The notes beneath the pieces are model-generated. The model had not been told where the DNA came from, did no database searches, and worked only from the letters and a program-made list of their open reading frames with translations. A DNA stretch of 64,000 nt, taken from the NCBI GenBank assembly GCA_964550685.1, contig CAZJZY010000004.1, forward strand, positions 29,644 to 93,643. The letters run 5' to 3'. Of this stretch, positions 29,425-40,039 are shown piece after piece. The position numbers and the translations under genes were made by a program. Each line of letters begins with the position of its first letter. Position 1 is the first letter of the stretch. This DNA is from an uncultured Rickettsiales bacterium (GTDB lineage: Bacteria; Pseudomonadota; Alphaproteobacteria; Rickettsiales; CANDYO01).

Positions 29425-30633
29425 TCAATAAGCAGGAGCATATTTTAGATTCATCTTTTTCTCCTGCTCTAAAAGATATTCATGCATTTTAGCAATCCTA
29501 ATTAAATCTTTGTTTAAGGTGAATTTATCTAGAAAAATTTGATGCGCGCGCGCTGCTTTAAGTTTAGCTTTTTCAGGATTATTTTTTATCCAATCCATAT
29601 GAGTTTTAACCTGCGTATACATTGTTTCAGGATTGGCATTCTGATCAAAATATAAGATATTATCACCAAAATTTTCTATAACGAATGGATGTTTATCAGA
29701 GATAATTATAGCATTAGCTGCTAATGCCTCAAATACTCGTAAAGTTGGCGTTGCTGATTTGATATGTTGTTCCGAATGAGTTAATAAGTAAATTCCATTA
29801 TCTCTAATGGTGTTAAACACTTCTAGAGATGAAGGGATATATCCATCATAAATACCTGGTTTTAAAAAAGATGCAGCGTAATAATGACCATATACTTTGA
29901 AAGGCACTGAATTGCTAATCATGTTGATAAACTGTTTATAATTATCAGATGAACGAAATTTATCCCAACCGCCGCTCATCCACATTAAAGTTTTTGGTTC
30001 TGTCGGCTTATTATCAAATGCTGGAGCCAGTGGTAAGATTTGTAGGCCATAAAAAGGTTTTTTTGCTTTATCAAAAATTACTCGATAAAAATCTACTTCC
30101 TTTGACGAGGTAAGCACTCCATGCGCTAAAGACATAAGTTTAGCAAAAGAATAATCAGCCGGAATATATGGATTATATTTTTTTAGCTTATCGCCTACCA
30201 TTAATTGGATAGGAGAGAGAGCTAGAATATATTTTTTAGATCTATGGGCATAGATTCTCATATCTAATTCATGGTTATCTGTATAAGGAGAAAATAAAAT
30301 AAAATCAGGATCAAAAGCTAAAATTTCATCTTCATGGCCCAAAGTTTGATAAAAATACGTGGTTACCTCCCAGTTCATTCTTTCTGCTGCATATTTAAAA
30401 TAATCAGCGTAACTACGTTCTCCACCATTATTTGTTACAATTGCCACTTTATATTTGTTTTTTATAGAAATATTATTATATTTTTCATCCCAAGATTCAG
30501 AAGTTATTTTACTGGCCTCAGCTAGTACATTATTTAATTTAATATCTAGATAAAATTTATAGCCATATTTTCCAAATAATGCTGATATCAATATTGAGGC
30601 TATGATAATCAGAACTTTATATTTACGTAACAT
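29425..30633 (-). CDS. membrane-anchored glycosyltransferase-like protein (CgeB/GT1-C-terminal-like), paralog 1
   Basis: 402 aa with an N-terminal TM. The C-terminal part (RVFEALAANAIIISDKHPFVIENFGDNILYF...AARAHQIFLDKFT) resembles the C-terminal half of CgeB-type/GT1 enzymes from memory. It is about 60% identical to the adjacent gene. Confidence 0.5.
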   Translation of the reverse strand: MLRKYKVLIIIASILISALFGKYGYKFYLDIKLNNVLAEASKITSESWDEKYNNISIKNKYKVAIVTNNGGERSYADYFKYAAERMNWEVTTYFYQTLGHEDEILAFDPDFILFSPYTDNHELDMRIYAHRSKKYILALSPIQLMVGDKLKKYNPYIPADYSFAKLMSLAHGVLTSSKEVDFYRVIFDKAKKPFYGLQILPLAPAFDNKPTEPKTLMWMSGGWDKFRSSDNYKQFINMISNSVPFKVYGHYYAASFLKPGIYDGYIPSSLEVFNTIRDNGIYLLTHSEQHIKSATPTLRVFEALAANAIIISDKHPFVIENFGDNILYFDQNANPETMYTQVKTHMDWIKNNPEKAKLKAARAHQIFLDKFTLNKDLIRIAKMHEYLLEQEKKMNLKYAPAY

Positions 30634-30645
30634 CTTTTCTCCTAA

Positions 30646-31881
30646 TTAATAACCTAATGGGTATGATAAATCCATAGATTTTCTTTCTGTCTCTAGGATG
30701 GATTCATGCATTCTAGCAATCCTAGCTAAATCTTTTTCTATAGTAAATTTATCTAGAAATATTTGATGAGCTCTAGCTGCTTTTGCCTTTGCTTCATCAG
30801 GATTATTCTTAATCCAGTCTATATGAGCTTTAACTTGTTTATACATAGTTGCTGCATCTTTGTCATGATCAAAATATAAAAAATTATCGCCAAAATTTTG
30901 AATTATAAATGGGTGTTTATCGGAAATCACTATAGCATTAGCGGCTGTGGCTTCAAATCCTCTCATATTTGTTTCTCCACCTTGAAAATGGATGTCGCTA
31001 TGAGTTAATAAATAAATACCATTACTTCTTATTGCATTTATCTGTTCAATGCCTGGCGTGATGTATCCGCCGTAAATATGTGGTTTTAAATAAGAGGAAG
31101 AGTTGTAATGCCCATAAACTTTCATTGGAACATTTTCACTTAACATCCTAATAAATTTTCTGTAATTATCAGAAGATCTAAATTTATCCCATCCCCCACT
31201 GAGCCACATTAAGCTTTTTGGCTCTGTTGGTTCATTATTAAATTTAGGGACCAAAGGTAATATTCTAAGTCCATTAAAAGGTTTATTTAATTTTTCAAAC
31301 ATAACTCTATAGTAATCTAATTCTGGAGCAATAGTTAGGATTCCATCAACCATGGAAATGAATTTTTTAAAATTTCTAGTCGCTTCGTAAGGATTATTAT
31401 TATCAATCCATTTAAAACGATTTCTTATCGCATTAATGGAGGAAAAGCTTAAAAGATATTTTTTTGATCTATGGGAAATTATTTTTGTATTTAAATCTGG
31501 TGTAGTTTCAGAAAACTGTGAAAATATTATAAAATCTGGATCAAAGTTTAGAATTTCTGTTTCATTTCCAAGTGCTTGATTATAATATATTTGCACTTCC
31601 CATCCTAATTTTTCAGCGGCATATTTAAAATATTCAGAATAAGTGAGCTCTCCACCATTATTGGTTATGATTACAACTTTATACTTATCTTTGATTGGAA
31701 TGCTTGCATATTTAGTATCCCAAACATCAGGAGATATTTTAGATGCATGTTCAAAAGCAGTATTAAATTTAAAGCTATAATATGATTTATAACTATAGAA
31801 TCCTAATAGTGCTAAAGATACTAAAAAGATTACTATGGTGACGATATAATATTTTTTTCTAAAGGTTGACATTAATTGCAT
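30646..31881 (-). CDS. membrane-anchored glycosyltransferase-like protein, paralog 2
   Basis: 411 aa with an N-terminal TM. It is collinear with paralog 1 (KYKVVIITNNGGE, FDPDFIIFS, HRSKKY, LMWLSGGWDKFRSSDNY, GIYLLTHS, AARAHQIFLDKFT). Confidence 0.5.
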   Translation of the reverse strand: MQLMSTFRKKYYIVTIVIFLVSLALLGFYSYKSYYSFKFNTAFEHASKISPDVWDTKYASIPIKDKYKVVIITNNGGELTYSEYFKYAAEKLGWEVQIYYNQALGNETEILNFDPDFIIFSQFSETTPDLNTKIISHRSKKYLLSFSSINAIRNRFKWIDNNNPYEATRNFKKFISMVDGILTIAPELDYYRVMFEKLNKPFNGLRILPLVPKFNNEPTEPKSLMWLSGGWDKFRSSDNYRKFIRMLSENVPMKVYGHYNSSSYLKPHIYGGYITPGIEQINAIRSNGIYLLTHSDIHFQGGETNMRGFEATAANAIVISDKHPFIIQNFGDNFLYFDHDKDAATMYKQVKAHIDWIKNNPDEAKAKAARAHQIFLDKFTIEKDLARIARMHESILETERKSMDLSYPLGY

Positions 31882-31928
31882 TTATCTCTACTTTTAATTA
31901 AAGTTTTGCTTAATTTTGGCCTAAAGTA

Positions 31929-33698
31929 ATGGATCGTTATCCTATAGAAGAACTATTTAAGAATATTCTTAAAATCATCAGCAAATATTTTGATATTTAT
32001 CAAAAACTTGTCCAAAAACATTCTTGCGCGACTAACTATGGAAGTGATCCACTTCAGCTAAATAAGCTATGTATTAAGTTATTTAGTAGAATTATAAGCG
32101 ATCCTGATCTAATGATAAAGCATCAAATGAGTTTTTTTAAAGGGCAGCTCGCAACAATAGAGGCCATTTGCCAGCAAGTGTTTCCAGCAAGAAGAGAAAT
32201 AGGGGCAAAAGATAAGAGGTTTAAAGATAAAATTTGGCAAGAGCATTTGGCATTTGCTTGGATTAAAGATGCATATTTTACTTATTCAGAATGGTTAGAA
32301 TCGATAGTGAATGATTTTCCCAATGATTTTTCGACAATTGAGATACGTAGATTAAATTTTATTATTAAGCAGTTTCTTGATGCTATGGCGCCTAGTAATT
32401 TTCCTTCTACAAATCCTCAAGTATTAAGAGAATTTTTTGATACTTCAGGTGAAAACTTTCTTAAAGGGCTGGATAATTTACTAAAAGATATTGAAAACAG
32501 TAGAAATGTTATTCAAATTAAAAATAACGATGGTTCTAGATTTATTTTAGGAGAAAATATTGCTGCCACCGAAGGCAAAGTGGTTTATCAAAATAAAATT
32601 ATGCAATTACTCCATTATAAGCCTCTAACTGAAGAACAACATGAAATTCCTTTGCTTATAGTTTCTCCATTTATCAATAAATATTATATATTAGATTTAC
32701 AGCAAGAAAATTCTTTGGTGAAGTGGCTGTTAGAGCAGAAATATAATGTATTTTTAATTTCCTGGGCTAATCCGGGGGAGTCTTTAGTTCAAGAAGATTT
32801 CTCTGACTATATGTTAAATGGTCCAATTGCTGCTTTAGATTATTTATCTAATAATTTGAATATAAAACAAGTTAATGCTATGGGTTATTGCATTGGTGGA
32901 ACATTGCTTGCAGTTACTTTGGCTTATATGAAAAGTATCAATGACGAAAGGATCAAAACAGCTAGTTTCTTTACTACTTTAATTGATTTTGAGAATGCGG
33001 GTGATTTATCTATATTTATAGATGATCATTTTATAAATGAAGTTGAAAAATATATGGAAAGCTCAGGTGGTTATATTGATGGAAAAGAGATATCAATAAT
33101 TTTTAGCCTGCTTAGGTCAAATGATATGATTTGGCCATTTTATATCAATAATTATCTTTTAGGTAAAGATGTTTTTCCTTTTGATATTCTGTATTGGAAT
33201 GAAGATTCAATAAGGATGCCGATGGCATTGCATTTATTTTGTCTTAAGAATTTTTATAAAGATAATCTTCTAAAAATAGTAAATGGCTTGGTAGTAAATG
33301 ATCAGGCTATTGATATAGCTAAGATAGATATCCCTTGTTTTTTTATTGGAGCTAAAGGAGACCATATAGTTCCATGGGAAAATGCATTTAATTCAGCTAA
33401 GCTATTTTCTGGTTTATCAACTTTTATCTTGTCTGATTCAGGGCATGTGGCTGGTATGATTAATCATCCGAATAAGAATAAATATTGTTATTGGGTTAAT
33501 GACGTTGATCTAAATGAATATAAAGATCCAAAAGAGTGGTTTAACGATTCTAATAAACACCAAGGTTCATGGTGGCCATATTGGAGTGAGAGGGTGGTAA
33601 AATATTCTGGTAAGCTTTTAAATTCTAAAGATCCATGTGTTATTAATCCTAATATAATTGAAGAAGCTCCAGGAAGTTATGTTAAAATAAGATATTAA
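31929..33698 (+). CDS. phaC: class I poly(3-hydroxyalkanoate) synthase
   Basis: 589 aa. It has the lipase-box-like GYCIGG (MGYCIGGTLL), an ISWANPG block and a C-terminal GHVAGMINHP. Confidence 0.85.
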   Translation: MDRYPIEELFKNILKIISKYFDIYQKLVQKHSCATNYGSDPLQLNKLCIKLFSRIISDPDLMIKHQMSFFKGQLATIEAICQQVFPARREIGAKDKRFKDKIWQEHLAFAWIKDAYFTYSEWLESIVNDFPNDFSTIEIRRLNFIIKQFLDAMAPSNFPSTNPQVLREFFDTSGENFLKGLDNLLKDIENSRNVIQIKNNDGSRFILGENIAATEGKVVYQNKIMQLLHYKPLTEEQHEIPLLIVSPFINKYYILDLQQENSLVKWLLEQKYNVFLISWANPGESLVQEDFSDYMLNGPIAALDYLSNNLNIKQVNAMGYCIGGTLLAVTLAYMKSINDERIKTASFFTTLIDFENAGDLSIFIDDHFINEVEKYMESSGGYIDGKEISIIFSLLRSNDMIWPFYINNYLLGKDVFPFDILYWNEDSIRMPMALHLFCLKNFYKDNLLKIVNGLVVNDQAIDIAKIDIPCFFIGAKGDHIVPWENAFNSAKLFSGLSTFILSDSGHVAGMINHPNKNKYCYWVNDVDLNEYKDPKEWFNDSNKHQGSWWPYWSERVVKYSGKLLNSKDPCVINPNIIEEAPGSYVKIRY

Positions 33699-33778
33699 AT
33701 AAGATATTTACTATTTATAAATTATTTGATGATATATTTCTGTGTTAAATAATAGAAGCTATTAAAAAGGTATAAATT

Positions 33779-35437
33779 ATGAGATTACAAATAAAATTTC
33801 TTTTGCTAGGCATTATATCAATAGTAAGTATATTATTATTATTATTTAATATATATGCAAATTCAAAGCGATATGTTGCATTTGTTGAAGAGTTAAAAAA
33901 AGCTACAACTATTACTAAAATTTATGCAGAAAAGAATGCGGCTAATTATGCTATACAGTCAGATATATGGCGAGTTATTTATTCATACAATAGTGAAAAA
34001 ATGGAGGAAGTGAAGGCAGTTCAATTAGATTTAGAGAGACTTGCTATTCAGGATAATAATCAAAATTTAGAGAGCATATTGAGTAAAGATATTCAACAAA
34101 GTATTTCTAATTTTAATGTTAATTTTAATGATTATATCACTAAATCTCGTGCGGTTATCAATTCATTGGGAAAGGAAAACTTTTTAAATAAGTTGTCGGA
34201 GTTTGAAGTAGCTCTCAATAACATCAATAAAGAGAGTGCTTTATTAGAAAAAAAATTAGAAGGTTTTGTTAAAGAGGTTGCTACAAAAGGTGATCTATTT
34301 ATGAGTGACTCTGCTAAAAAATCAAGAGTTTATACCCTTTTCTCCATAATTTTAATTTGTTTAGTATCAGTATTTTTTAACTTTAATTTATTTATTCCTT
34401 TGGCCAAAATTATTAGAGTTATGGCGTTAATTGTGAATAATGACCGTAGTGAAGAGGTTCCTTTTACTTCAAGAACAGACGAAGTTGGAGAAATAGCTAG
34501 GGCCTTAGAAGTGTTCCGCTCAACTGCAATAGAAAAAGAAAAACTTGAAGAGCAGGCGCTTCTACAGGCTAAAAAATCTGTGGAGGATCGTCATAATTCT
34601 ATGGTGGTGTTTTCAAATCAATTTGAGACAAGTGTAAAAGGGATCGTTGATATGGTTGCCTCGTCCGTAAAAAAAATGGACAGAACGGCTGCAGAACTTG
34701 AACAATTTGCTACTCACACGCAAGAAGAAGCAACTTTATTATCTTCAGCGTCTTTGCAAGCTAGTACTAATATACAAGGCGTTTCTAAAGCAACTAGTGA
34801 ATTTAGTTCGGTAGTGAATGAAATAAGCATTCAGGTTAATAATTCGTTAGGCTATGCAAGTAAGGTGGCTGAGCAAGCAGATAGAGTTAGTACAATGGTT
34901 ATTGATTTGGAGACGAAGGCTAAGGCGGTGAGTGGTATTATTGATATAATTAATGGAATTACTTCTCAAATAGATCTTTTAGCTTTAAATGCCACTATCG
35001 AGGCTGCTAGGGCTGGTGATATGGGGAAGGGGTTTGCTGTTGTCGCAAATGAAGTAAAGGCTTTAGCTACTCAAACCTCTAAGGCGACGGAGCAAATTAA
35101 TTTTCAAATTTCTGGAATTCAGTTATCAACAAATAAAGCTGTGATGTCTATCCAAGAGATTACAGAGTCTGTAAAAACTATTAATCAGAATTCAGCTTCA
35201 ATTGTTTCGTCTGTAGAAAAGCAAAATAAAACTAGCTCTTATATTGCAGATAGTATATCTCAGGTTGCTATAATGTCTGGTTCAGTAGCTTCGGGGGTAG
35301 AGAAAGTTGTTGACTCTTCCAGTAAATCTGAAAGAGCGGTTAGTCAAATGGTTTCCTCAGCTGGAGATTTGTTGAAGCAATCAGAAATGCTGCAAAGTGA
35401 GGTGGATAAATTTCTTTCTACGTTGAAATTCACATAA
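33779..35437 (+). CDS. methyl-accepting chemotaxis protein (two TM, HAMP, MA signalling domain)
   Basis: 552 aa. It has a HAMP-like [15 protein letters not shown] and the highly conserved [36 protein letters not shown]. Confidence 0.9.
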   Translation: MRLQIKFLLLGIISIVSILLLLFNIYANSKRYVAFVEELKKATTITKIYAEKNAANYAIQSDIWRVIYSYNSEKMEEVKAVQLDLERLAIQDNNQNLESILSKDIQQSISNFNVNFNDYITKSRAVINSLGKENFLNKLSEFEVALNNINKESALLEKKLEGFVKEVATKGDLFMSDSAKKSRVYTLFSIILICLVSVFFNFNLFIPLAKIIRVMALIVNNDRSEEVPFTSRTDEVGEIARALEVFRSTAIEKEKLEEQALLQAKKSVEDRHNSMVVFSNQFETSVKGIVDMVASSVKKMDRTAAELEQFATHTQEEATLLSSASLQASTNIQGVSKATSEFSSVVNEISIQVNNSLGYASKVAEQADRVSTMVIDLETKAKAVSGIIDIINGITSQIDLLALNATIEAARAGDMGKGFAVVANEVKALATQTSKATEQINFQISGIQLSTNKAVMSIQEITESVKTINQNSASIVSSVEKQNKTSSYIADSISQVAIMSGSVASGVEKVVDSSSKSERAVSQMVSSAGDLLKQSEMLQSEVDKFLSTLKFT

Positions 35438-35448
35438 ACTTAAGAGTT

Positions 35449-35754
35449 TTAGGCGAACTCTTTAGTTTCTGCCAATTCTTCTATTTTTCTTGGTTTATGT
35501 TTTTTCAGTTTGTTGCCAGATTGATTTCTAACTAGAGCAGATTTTTTGGCATCCCATGTATAATGAAATGTCACGGCTTTTAATTCTGTGATAATAATAT
35601 CTCCATTGGGCATTTGCATTACATCGCAGCCTTTTTGTAAAGATTCAGTGATAAGAGAGCAAGATTTACATATGTATTTTACATCCGACATTAGATCTTG
35701 TTCTTTTTGTTCAGTATTGTTTTCAATGTAAGATTCTATATCTTTTAGTAACAT
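35449..35754 (-). CDS. hypothetical small protein
   Basis: 101-aa ORF convergent with the MCP gene across an 11-nt gap. It has a basic C-terminal tail and no recognised motif. Confidence 0.4.
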   Translation of the reverse strand: MLLKDIESYIENNTEQKEQDLMSDVKYICKSCSLITESLQKGCDVMQMPNGDIIITELKAVTFHYTWDAKKSALVRNQSGNKLKKHKPRKIEELAETKEFA

Positions 35755-36110
35755 AATTTTTCCTTCTATTCACTCTAATAATATTTAAAAAATAACAAGT
35801 TTGACTTTACATTTATACATTAAAAATATTAAGAATGTATTAAATTAGTAAGATATTTTTCTATAATTAGATAATTATTTGCACATTATATGTTGTTAAG
35901 CAAAGCAAGGCAAGATTATTATATATAAACATATTAATGTATAATTTACTCTTGAATAAACTAGGAGAACCTAGTAAGATTCTTTAATTCATACAAATAT
36001 CTTGATATTGCCCAAAGCTTTAATAATTATTTATACATATAAATATCCGCTTGTCAATATATTAATTTACCTTAATGAATATTTAATATGTTAATATTTT
36101 TGTGTGCTTG

Positions 36111-36761
36111 ATGAAAGATGCTATAATAGATAAAATTAATAAGATTTTTAAATGCCTTTCTAAAAATAATCCTAGTCCTAAAACTGAGCTTAATTTTTCT
36201 AATGAATTTACTCTGTTGGTTGCTATTGTTCTTTCCGCTCAATCTACCGACATAGGAGTAAATAAGGTTACGGCTAATCTATTTAAAATAATTAGCACTC
36301 CAAATGATGTCTTGCATTTAGGTTTAGATGGTCTAAAAACTTATATAAAGTCTTTGGGGTTATATAATTCAAAAGCAAAAAATATTATAGCCTTGTCTAA
36401 TATTTTGCTTGGAAAATATAATGGTAAAATTCCAACTAGTTTAGCAGAGCTAGAAAAATTGCCAGGGGTTGGTAGTAAAACGGCTAGAGTGTTTTTAAAT
36501 TGTGCACATAATTTTCCAGTAATTGCTGTGGATACTCATGTGTTTAGAGTAAGTAGAAGATTAGGTATTGCAAGGTCTTGTTCTGTTAGATCAGTAGAAA
36601 AAGAACTCAATGAGATTGTTCCGGATAAGTGGAAAAAACATGCTCATCATTGGCTTATTTTACATGGGAGATATATTTGTAAAGCCAGGAAGCCAGATTG
36701 TATAAATTGCCCTATTGCTAAATATTGTATTTTTTATATGGAGAATAATTGTGAAAACTGA
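36111..36761 (+). CDS. nth: endonuclease III
   Basis: It has LVAIVLSAQSTDIGVN, the helix-hairpin-helix LPGVGSKTARV and a C-terminal Fe-S cluster motif CKARKPDCINCPIAKYC. ATG 36111 is preferred over GTG 36102. Confidence 0.9.
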   Translation: MKDAIIDKINKIFKCLSKNNPSPKTELNFSNEFTLLVAIVLSAQSTDIGVNKVTANLFKIISTPNDVLHLGLDGLKTYIKSLGLYNSKAKNIIALSNILLGKYNGKIPTSLAELEKLPGVGSKTARVFLNCAHNFPVIAVDTHVFRVSRRLGIARSCSVRSVEKELNEIVPDKWKKHAHHWLILHGRYICKARKPDCINCPIAKYCIFYMENNCEN

Positions 36762-37251
36762 AGTTGTTTTAGGGTTGGGAAGTAATCTAGGTGACCGTTT
36801 AAATTATTTAGAATTAGCAATTTCTGAGATAGAAAAAATAATGGGTAATATTAGATTATCCACTATTCATCAAACCAAAGCTATGCTATTAGAAAATAGT
36901 CCAAAAGAATGGGATTTAGATTTTCTTAATATGGCTGTAAGAGGAACAACTACATTATCTCCTCATGAGTTACTTGAAGCTATAAAAAATATAGAGTTCC
37001 TTATAGGAAGAAAACACACAGAACGTTGGGCTCCAAGAGAAATAGACATAGATATTTTAGCTTATGGGGAGAAAGTGATTAACAAAGAATTGATAATACC
37101 GCATCAGTTTTTATTAGAGCGTTCATGGGCAATAATTCCATTATCTGAAGTATATCCAGAATGGAAATACCCTGTTTTTGGAAAGAATTATCAATTATCG
37201 GCTAAGGAGCTTGTTGTAAAGCTATTTCCTCCGCATAGAATTATTGGCTAA
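36751..37251 (+). CDS. folK: 2-amino-4-hydroxy-6-hydroxymethyldihydropteridine diphosphokinase
   Basis: A GTG at 36751 preceded by GGAG gives VKTEVVLGLGSNLGDR. RWAPREIDIDIL is also present. The ORF-track start at 36715 overlaps nth. Confidence 0.85.
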   Translation: MKTEVVLGLGSNLGDRLNYLELAISEIEKIMGNIRLSTIHQTKAMLLENSPKEWDLDFLNMAVRGTTTLSPHELLEAIKNIEFLIGRKHTERWAPREIDIDILAYGEKVINKELIIPHQFLLERSWAIIPLSEVYPEWKYPVFGKNYQLSAKELVVKLFPPHRIIG

Positions 37252-37299
37252 GTGTTATTATAAGTATGGGTTTGTTAATTAATAATTGGGTTTAAGAAT

Positions 37300-38631
37300 A
37301 TGGAAGAAAAAGTTCTAAATATAATAGGTGGAGGTTTGGCTGGTTGTGAGGCTGCCTGGCAAGCTGCTAATTTTGGTATTCAAGTAAATATATATGAAAT
37401 GCGTGATAGTAAAATTAGAACGCCTGCTCATCAAACAGATCATTTAGCTGAGCTTGTTTGTTCAAATTCTTTTCGTAATGATGATATAAATAGTGCTATT
37501 GGTTTGCTGCATCAGGAAATGCGGCTATGTAATTCTTTGATTATGAAAGCGGCTGATGAAACAAAAGTTCCAGCTGGAAGTGCTTTAGCGATGGATCGTG
37601 AACAATTTTCTTATATTGTGGAAGAAAATTTAATAAAGCATCCTAATATTAAAATTCACAGAAAATTGATTGATCATTTACCAGAAGAAGGTTACTGGAT
37701 TATTGCAACTGGTCCATTAACTGCTGATGCCTTAATGAAAGAAATTATGAAGATTAGCGGCTCAAAAAACCTAGCATTTTTTGATGCAATTGCTCCTATA
37801 GTTTATAAGGAAGGTATTGATTTCTCTAAAGCTTGGTTTCAGTCGCGTTATGATAAAGGTGATGGAAAAGATTATATCAATTGTCCTTTAAATAAAGAAC
37901 AATACTACCAATTTGTTGATGACTTAATACAAGGTGATAAAACAGAATTCAAAGAATGGGAAAAAAATACTCCATATTTTGATGGTTGCTTACCCATTGA
38001 AGTTATGGCTGAACGCGGTCAGGATACTTTATCTTTTGGTCCAATGAAACCAGTTGGATTAACTAATCCTCATAGTGATGAAAAACCATATGCGGTAGTG
38101 CAATTGCGTCAAGATAATAAGCTTGCCACTTTGTATAATATTGTTGGTTTTCAAACAAAATTGAAATATGGAGCTCAGCAACAAATATTTAGAAAAATTC
38201 CAGGGCTTGAGAATGTAGAATTTGCTCGTTTTGGTGGTATCCATCGAAATAGTTTTATTAATAGTCCATTGTTATTATCCTCAAGTTTACAATTTAATCT
38301 CAGAAGTAATATTCGTTTTGCTGGGCAAATAACTGGCGTAGAAGGTTATGTTGAAAGCGCTGCTTGTGGATTGCTTGCTGGTATATTTGCAGGATTTGAG
38401 CTAACCAATAGAGAAATCATTATTCCGCCCGTCACTACAGCATTGGGTGCTTTATTAAATCATATAACAGGTGGAGCTGAGGCTGATTGTTTTCAGCCAA
38501 TGAATATTAATTTTGGTCTATTTCCCCCTTTAAATAAAAGATGTAGTAAAGCCGATCGTAAGGCGGCATATGCTAAAAGAGCTTTGATAGAATTAGAAAA
38601 ATGGAGGCAGGATCTAGGATATATATTTTAA
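37300..38631 (+). CDS. trmFO: methylenetetrahydrofolate--tRNA-(uracil54-C5)-methyltransferase TrmFO
   Basis: 443 aa with [16 protein letters not shown] (FAD), ELVCSNSFR and [14 protein letters not shown]. Confidence 0.9.
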   Translation: MEEKVLNIIGGGLAGCEAAWQAANFGIQVNIYEMRDSKIRTPAHQTDHLAELVCSNSFRNDDINSAIGLLHQEMRLCNSLIMKAADETKVPAGSALAMDREQFSYIVEENLIKHPNIKIHRKLIDHLPEEGYWIIATGPLTADALMKEIMKISGSKNLAFFDAIAPIVYKEGIDFSKAWFQSRYDKGDGKDYINCPLNKEQYYQFVDDLIQGDKTEFKEWEKNTPYFDGCLPIEVMAERGQDTLSFGPMKPVGLTNPHSDEKPYAVVQLRQDNKLATLYNIVGFQTKLKYGAQQQIFRKIPGLENVEFARFGGIHRNSFINSPLLLSSSLQFNLRSNIRFAGQITGVEGYVESAACGLLAGIFAGFELTNREIIIPPVTTALGALLNHITGGAEADCFQPMNINFGLFPPLNKRCSKADRKAAYAKRALIELEKWRQDLGYIF

Positions 38632-38656
38632 ATCTAAAAATTATAGGAGAATAAAT

Positions 38657-39964
38657 ATGGTAAAGATGCCGCATTGGCCAATACCAATAGGTAATAAGCC
38701 GATAGACCTTGAGCTTAGCAGAATAAGAAATTTACTGGAAGCGTTAGATAATCCGCAAAATAATCTACCACCAGTTATTCATGTCGCTGGTACGAATGGT
38801 AAGGGGTCTACTACAGCTTTTTTAAAAGCTATTTTTCAAGCTGCTGGCTATAGAGTGCATAGTTATAATTCTCCACATTTGGTAAGATTTAATGAGAGGA
38901 TAGGGATTCTTGGAGCAGATATAGATGATGGTTTTCTTTATGATGTTGTAGAAGAATGTAGAATTGCTGCAGAAAAATCTAATTTGCAGCTTACATTCTT
39001 TGAGGGAACTACTGCCGCTGCTTTTTTAGCTTTTAGTAGGGTGCCAGCAGATGTCTTGATATTGGAGGTTGGGCTTGGTGGTAGGCTAGATGCCACTAAT
39101 GTTATTGATAACCCTGTGATGTCCATTATTACTAGTATTTCTTTAGATCATGTAGAATTTCTAGGTAACACAGTTGAAAAAATCGCCTATGAAAAATCTG
39201 GCATTATTAAACCTAATTGTCCATGTGTAATAAGCCAACAATATCCTGAAGTTATAGAGCTATTGCATAATATAGCAGAAAAGAATAATTCTTTGGTTTA
39301 TTCATATGAATATGATTGGATAGTTTATCCTAATAAAAATGTTATGATTTATGAATCAAAAGATAAAATAATTAAGCTTCCCGTTCCAAATTTACATGGT
39401 ATTCATCAGTATATAAATGCAGGAAATGCAATCGCGGCTATAACTCATTTAGACCAGTTTAATATAAATGATGACCACATAGCATACGGCATAACACATG
39501 CTGTATGGCCAGCAAGGCTGCAAAAATTGATAGAAGGAAAAGTTGTAAATAAATTACCAAACAGATTACAGATTTGGGTAGACGGAGCTCATAATGAGGC
39601 TGGTGCTCATGCGCTGTCTTTATGGTTGGAAGATCAAGAGCAGATTCCTACATATCTGATATTTGGCATGACCAAGGGACGTGATTGTTTAAAATTCTTA
39701 GAGGTTTTTATAGGCAAAATAAAGCATGTAGCTGGAGTGTTGATAGAAGCAGAACCATCTAGCTATAGTGGAGAATTTATTAAGAATGAAGCAACAAAAT
39801 TGGGGTTTTTATCTTCAGCTCACGATTCTATAGATGAAGCTTTAGATCGCATATCTAAGGAAGAATTAGGCCAAGTTAGAGTAATTGTTTGCGGTTCATT
39901 GTATTTAGCTGGCGATATTTTAAGTCAAAATCAAGGCCTTATGGTTAAGTCAAAAAATTTTTAA
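38657..39964 (+). CDS. folC: bifunctional folylpolyglutamate synthase/dihydrofolate synthase
   Basis: 435 aa with HVAGTNGKGST (P-loop), LEVGLGGRLDATN and VDGAHN. Confidence 0.9.
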   Translation: MVKMPHWPIPIGNKPIDLELSRIRNLLEALDNPQNNLPPVIHVAGTNGKGSTTAFLKAIFQAAGYRVHSYNSPHLVRFNERIGILGADIDDGFLYDVVEECRIAAEKSNLQLTFFEGTTAAAFLAFSRVPADVLILEVGLGGRLDATNVIDNPVMSIITSISLDHVEFLGNTVEKIAYEKSGIIKPNCPCVISQQYPEVIELLHNIAEKNNSLVYSYEYDWIVYPNKNVMIYESKDKIIKLPVPNLHGIHQYINAGNAIAAITHLDQFNINDDHIAYGITHAVWPARLQKLIEGKVVNKLPNRLQIWVDGAHNEAGAHALSLWLEDQEQIPTYLIFGMTKGRDCLKFLEVFIGKIKHVAGVLIEAEPSSYSGEFIKNEATKLGFLSSAHDSIDEALDRISKEELGQVRVIVCGSLYLAGDILSQNQGLMVKSKNF

Positions 39965-40039
39965 AAATTATTTATACTCTCTGTATATTAACTATTTTTT
40001 CACTGTTTTATAAGATAATGGAAATTGAGTGAGTAAAAA

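Noticed and set aside
35755-36110. The AT-rich spacer as a chromosomal replication origin.
   Set aside because: No TTATCCACA-type DnaA boxes were seen on either strand, and no dnaA, dnaN, hemE or parAB genes are adjacent.
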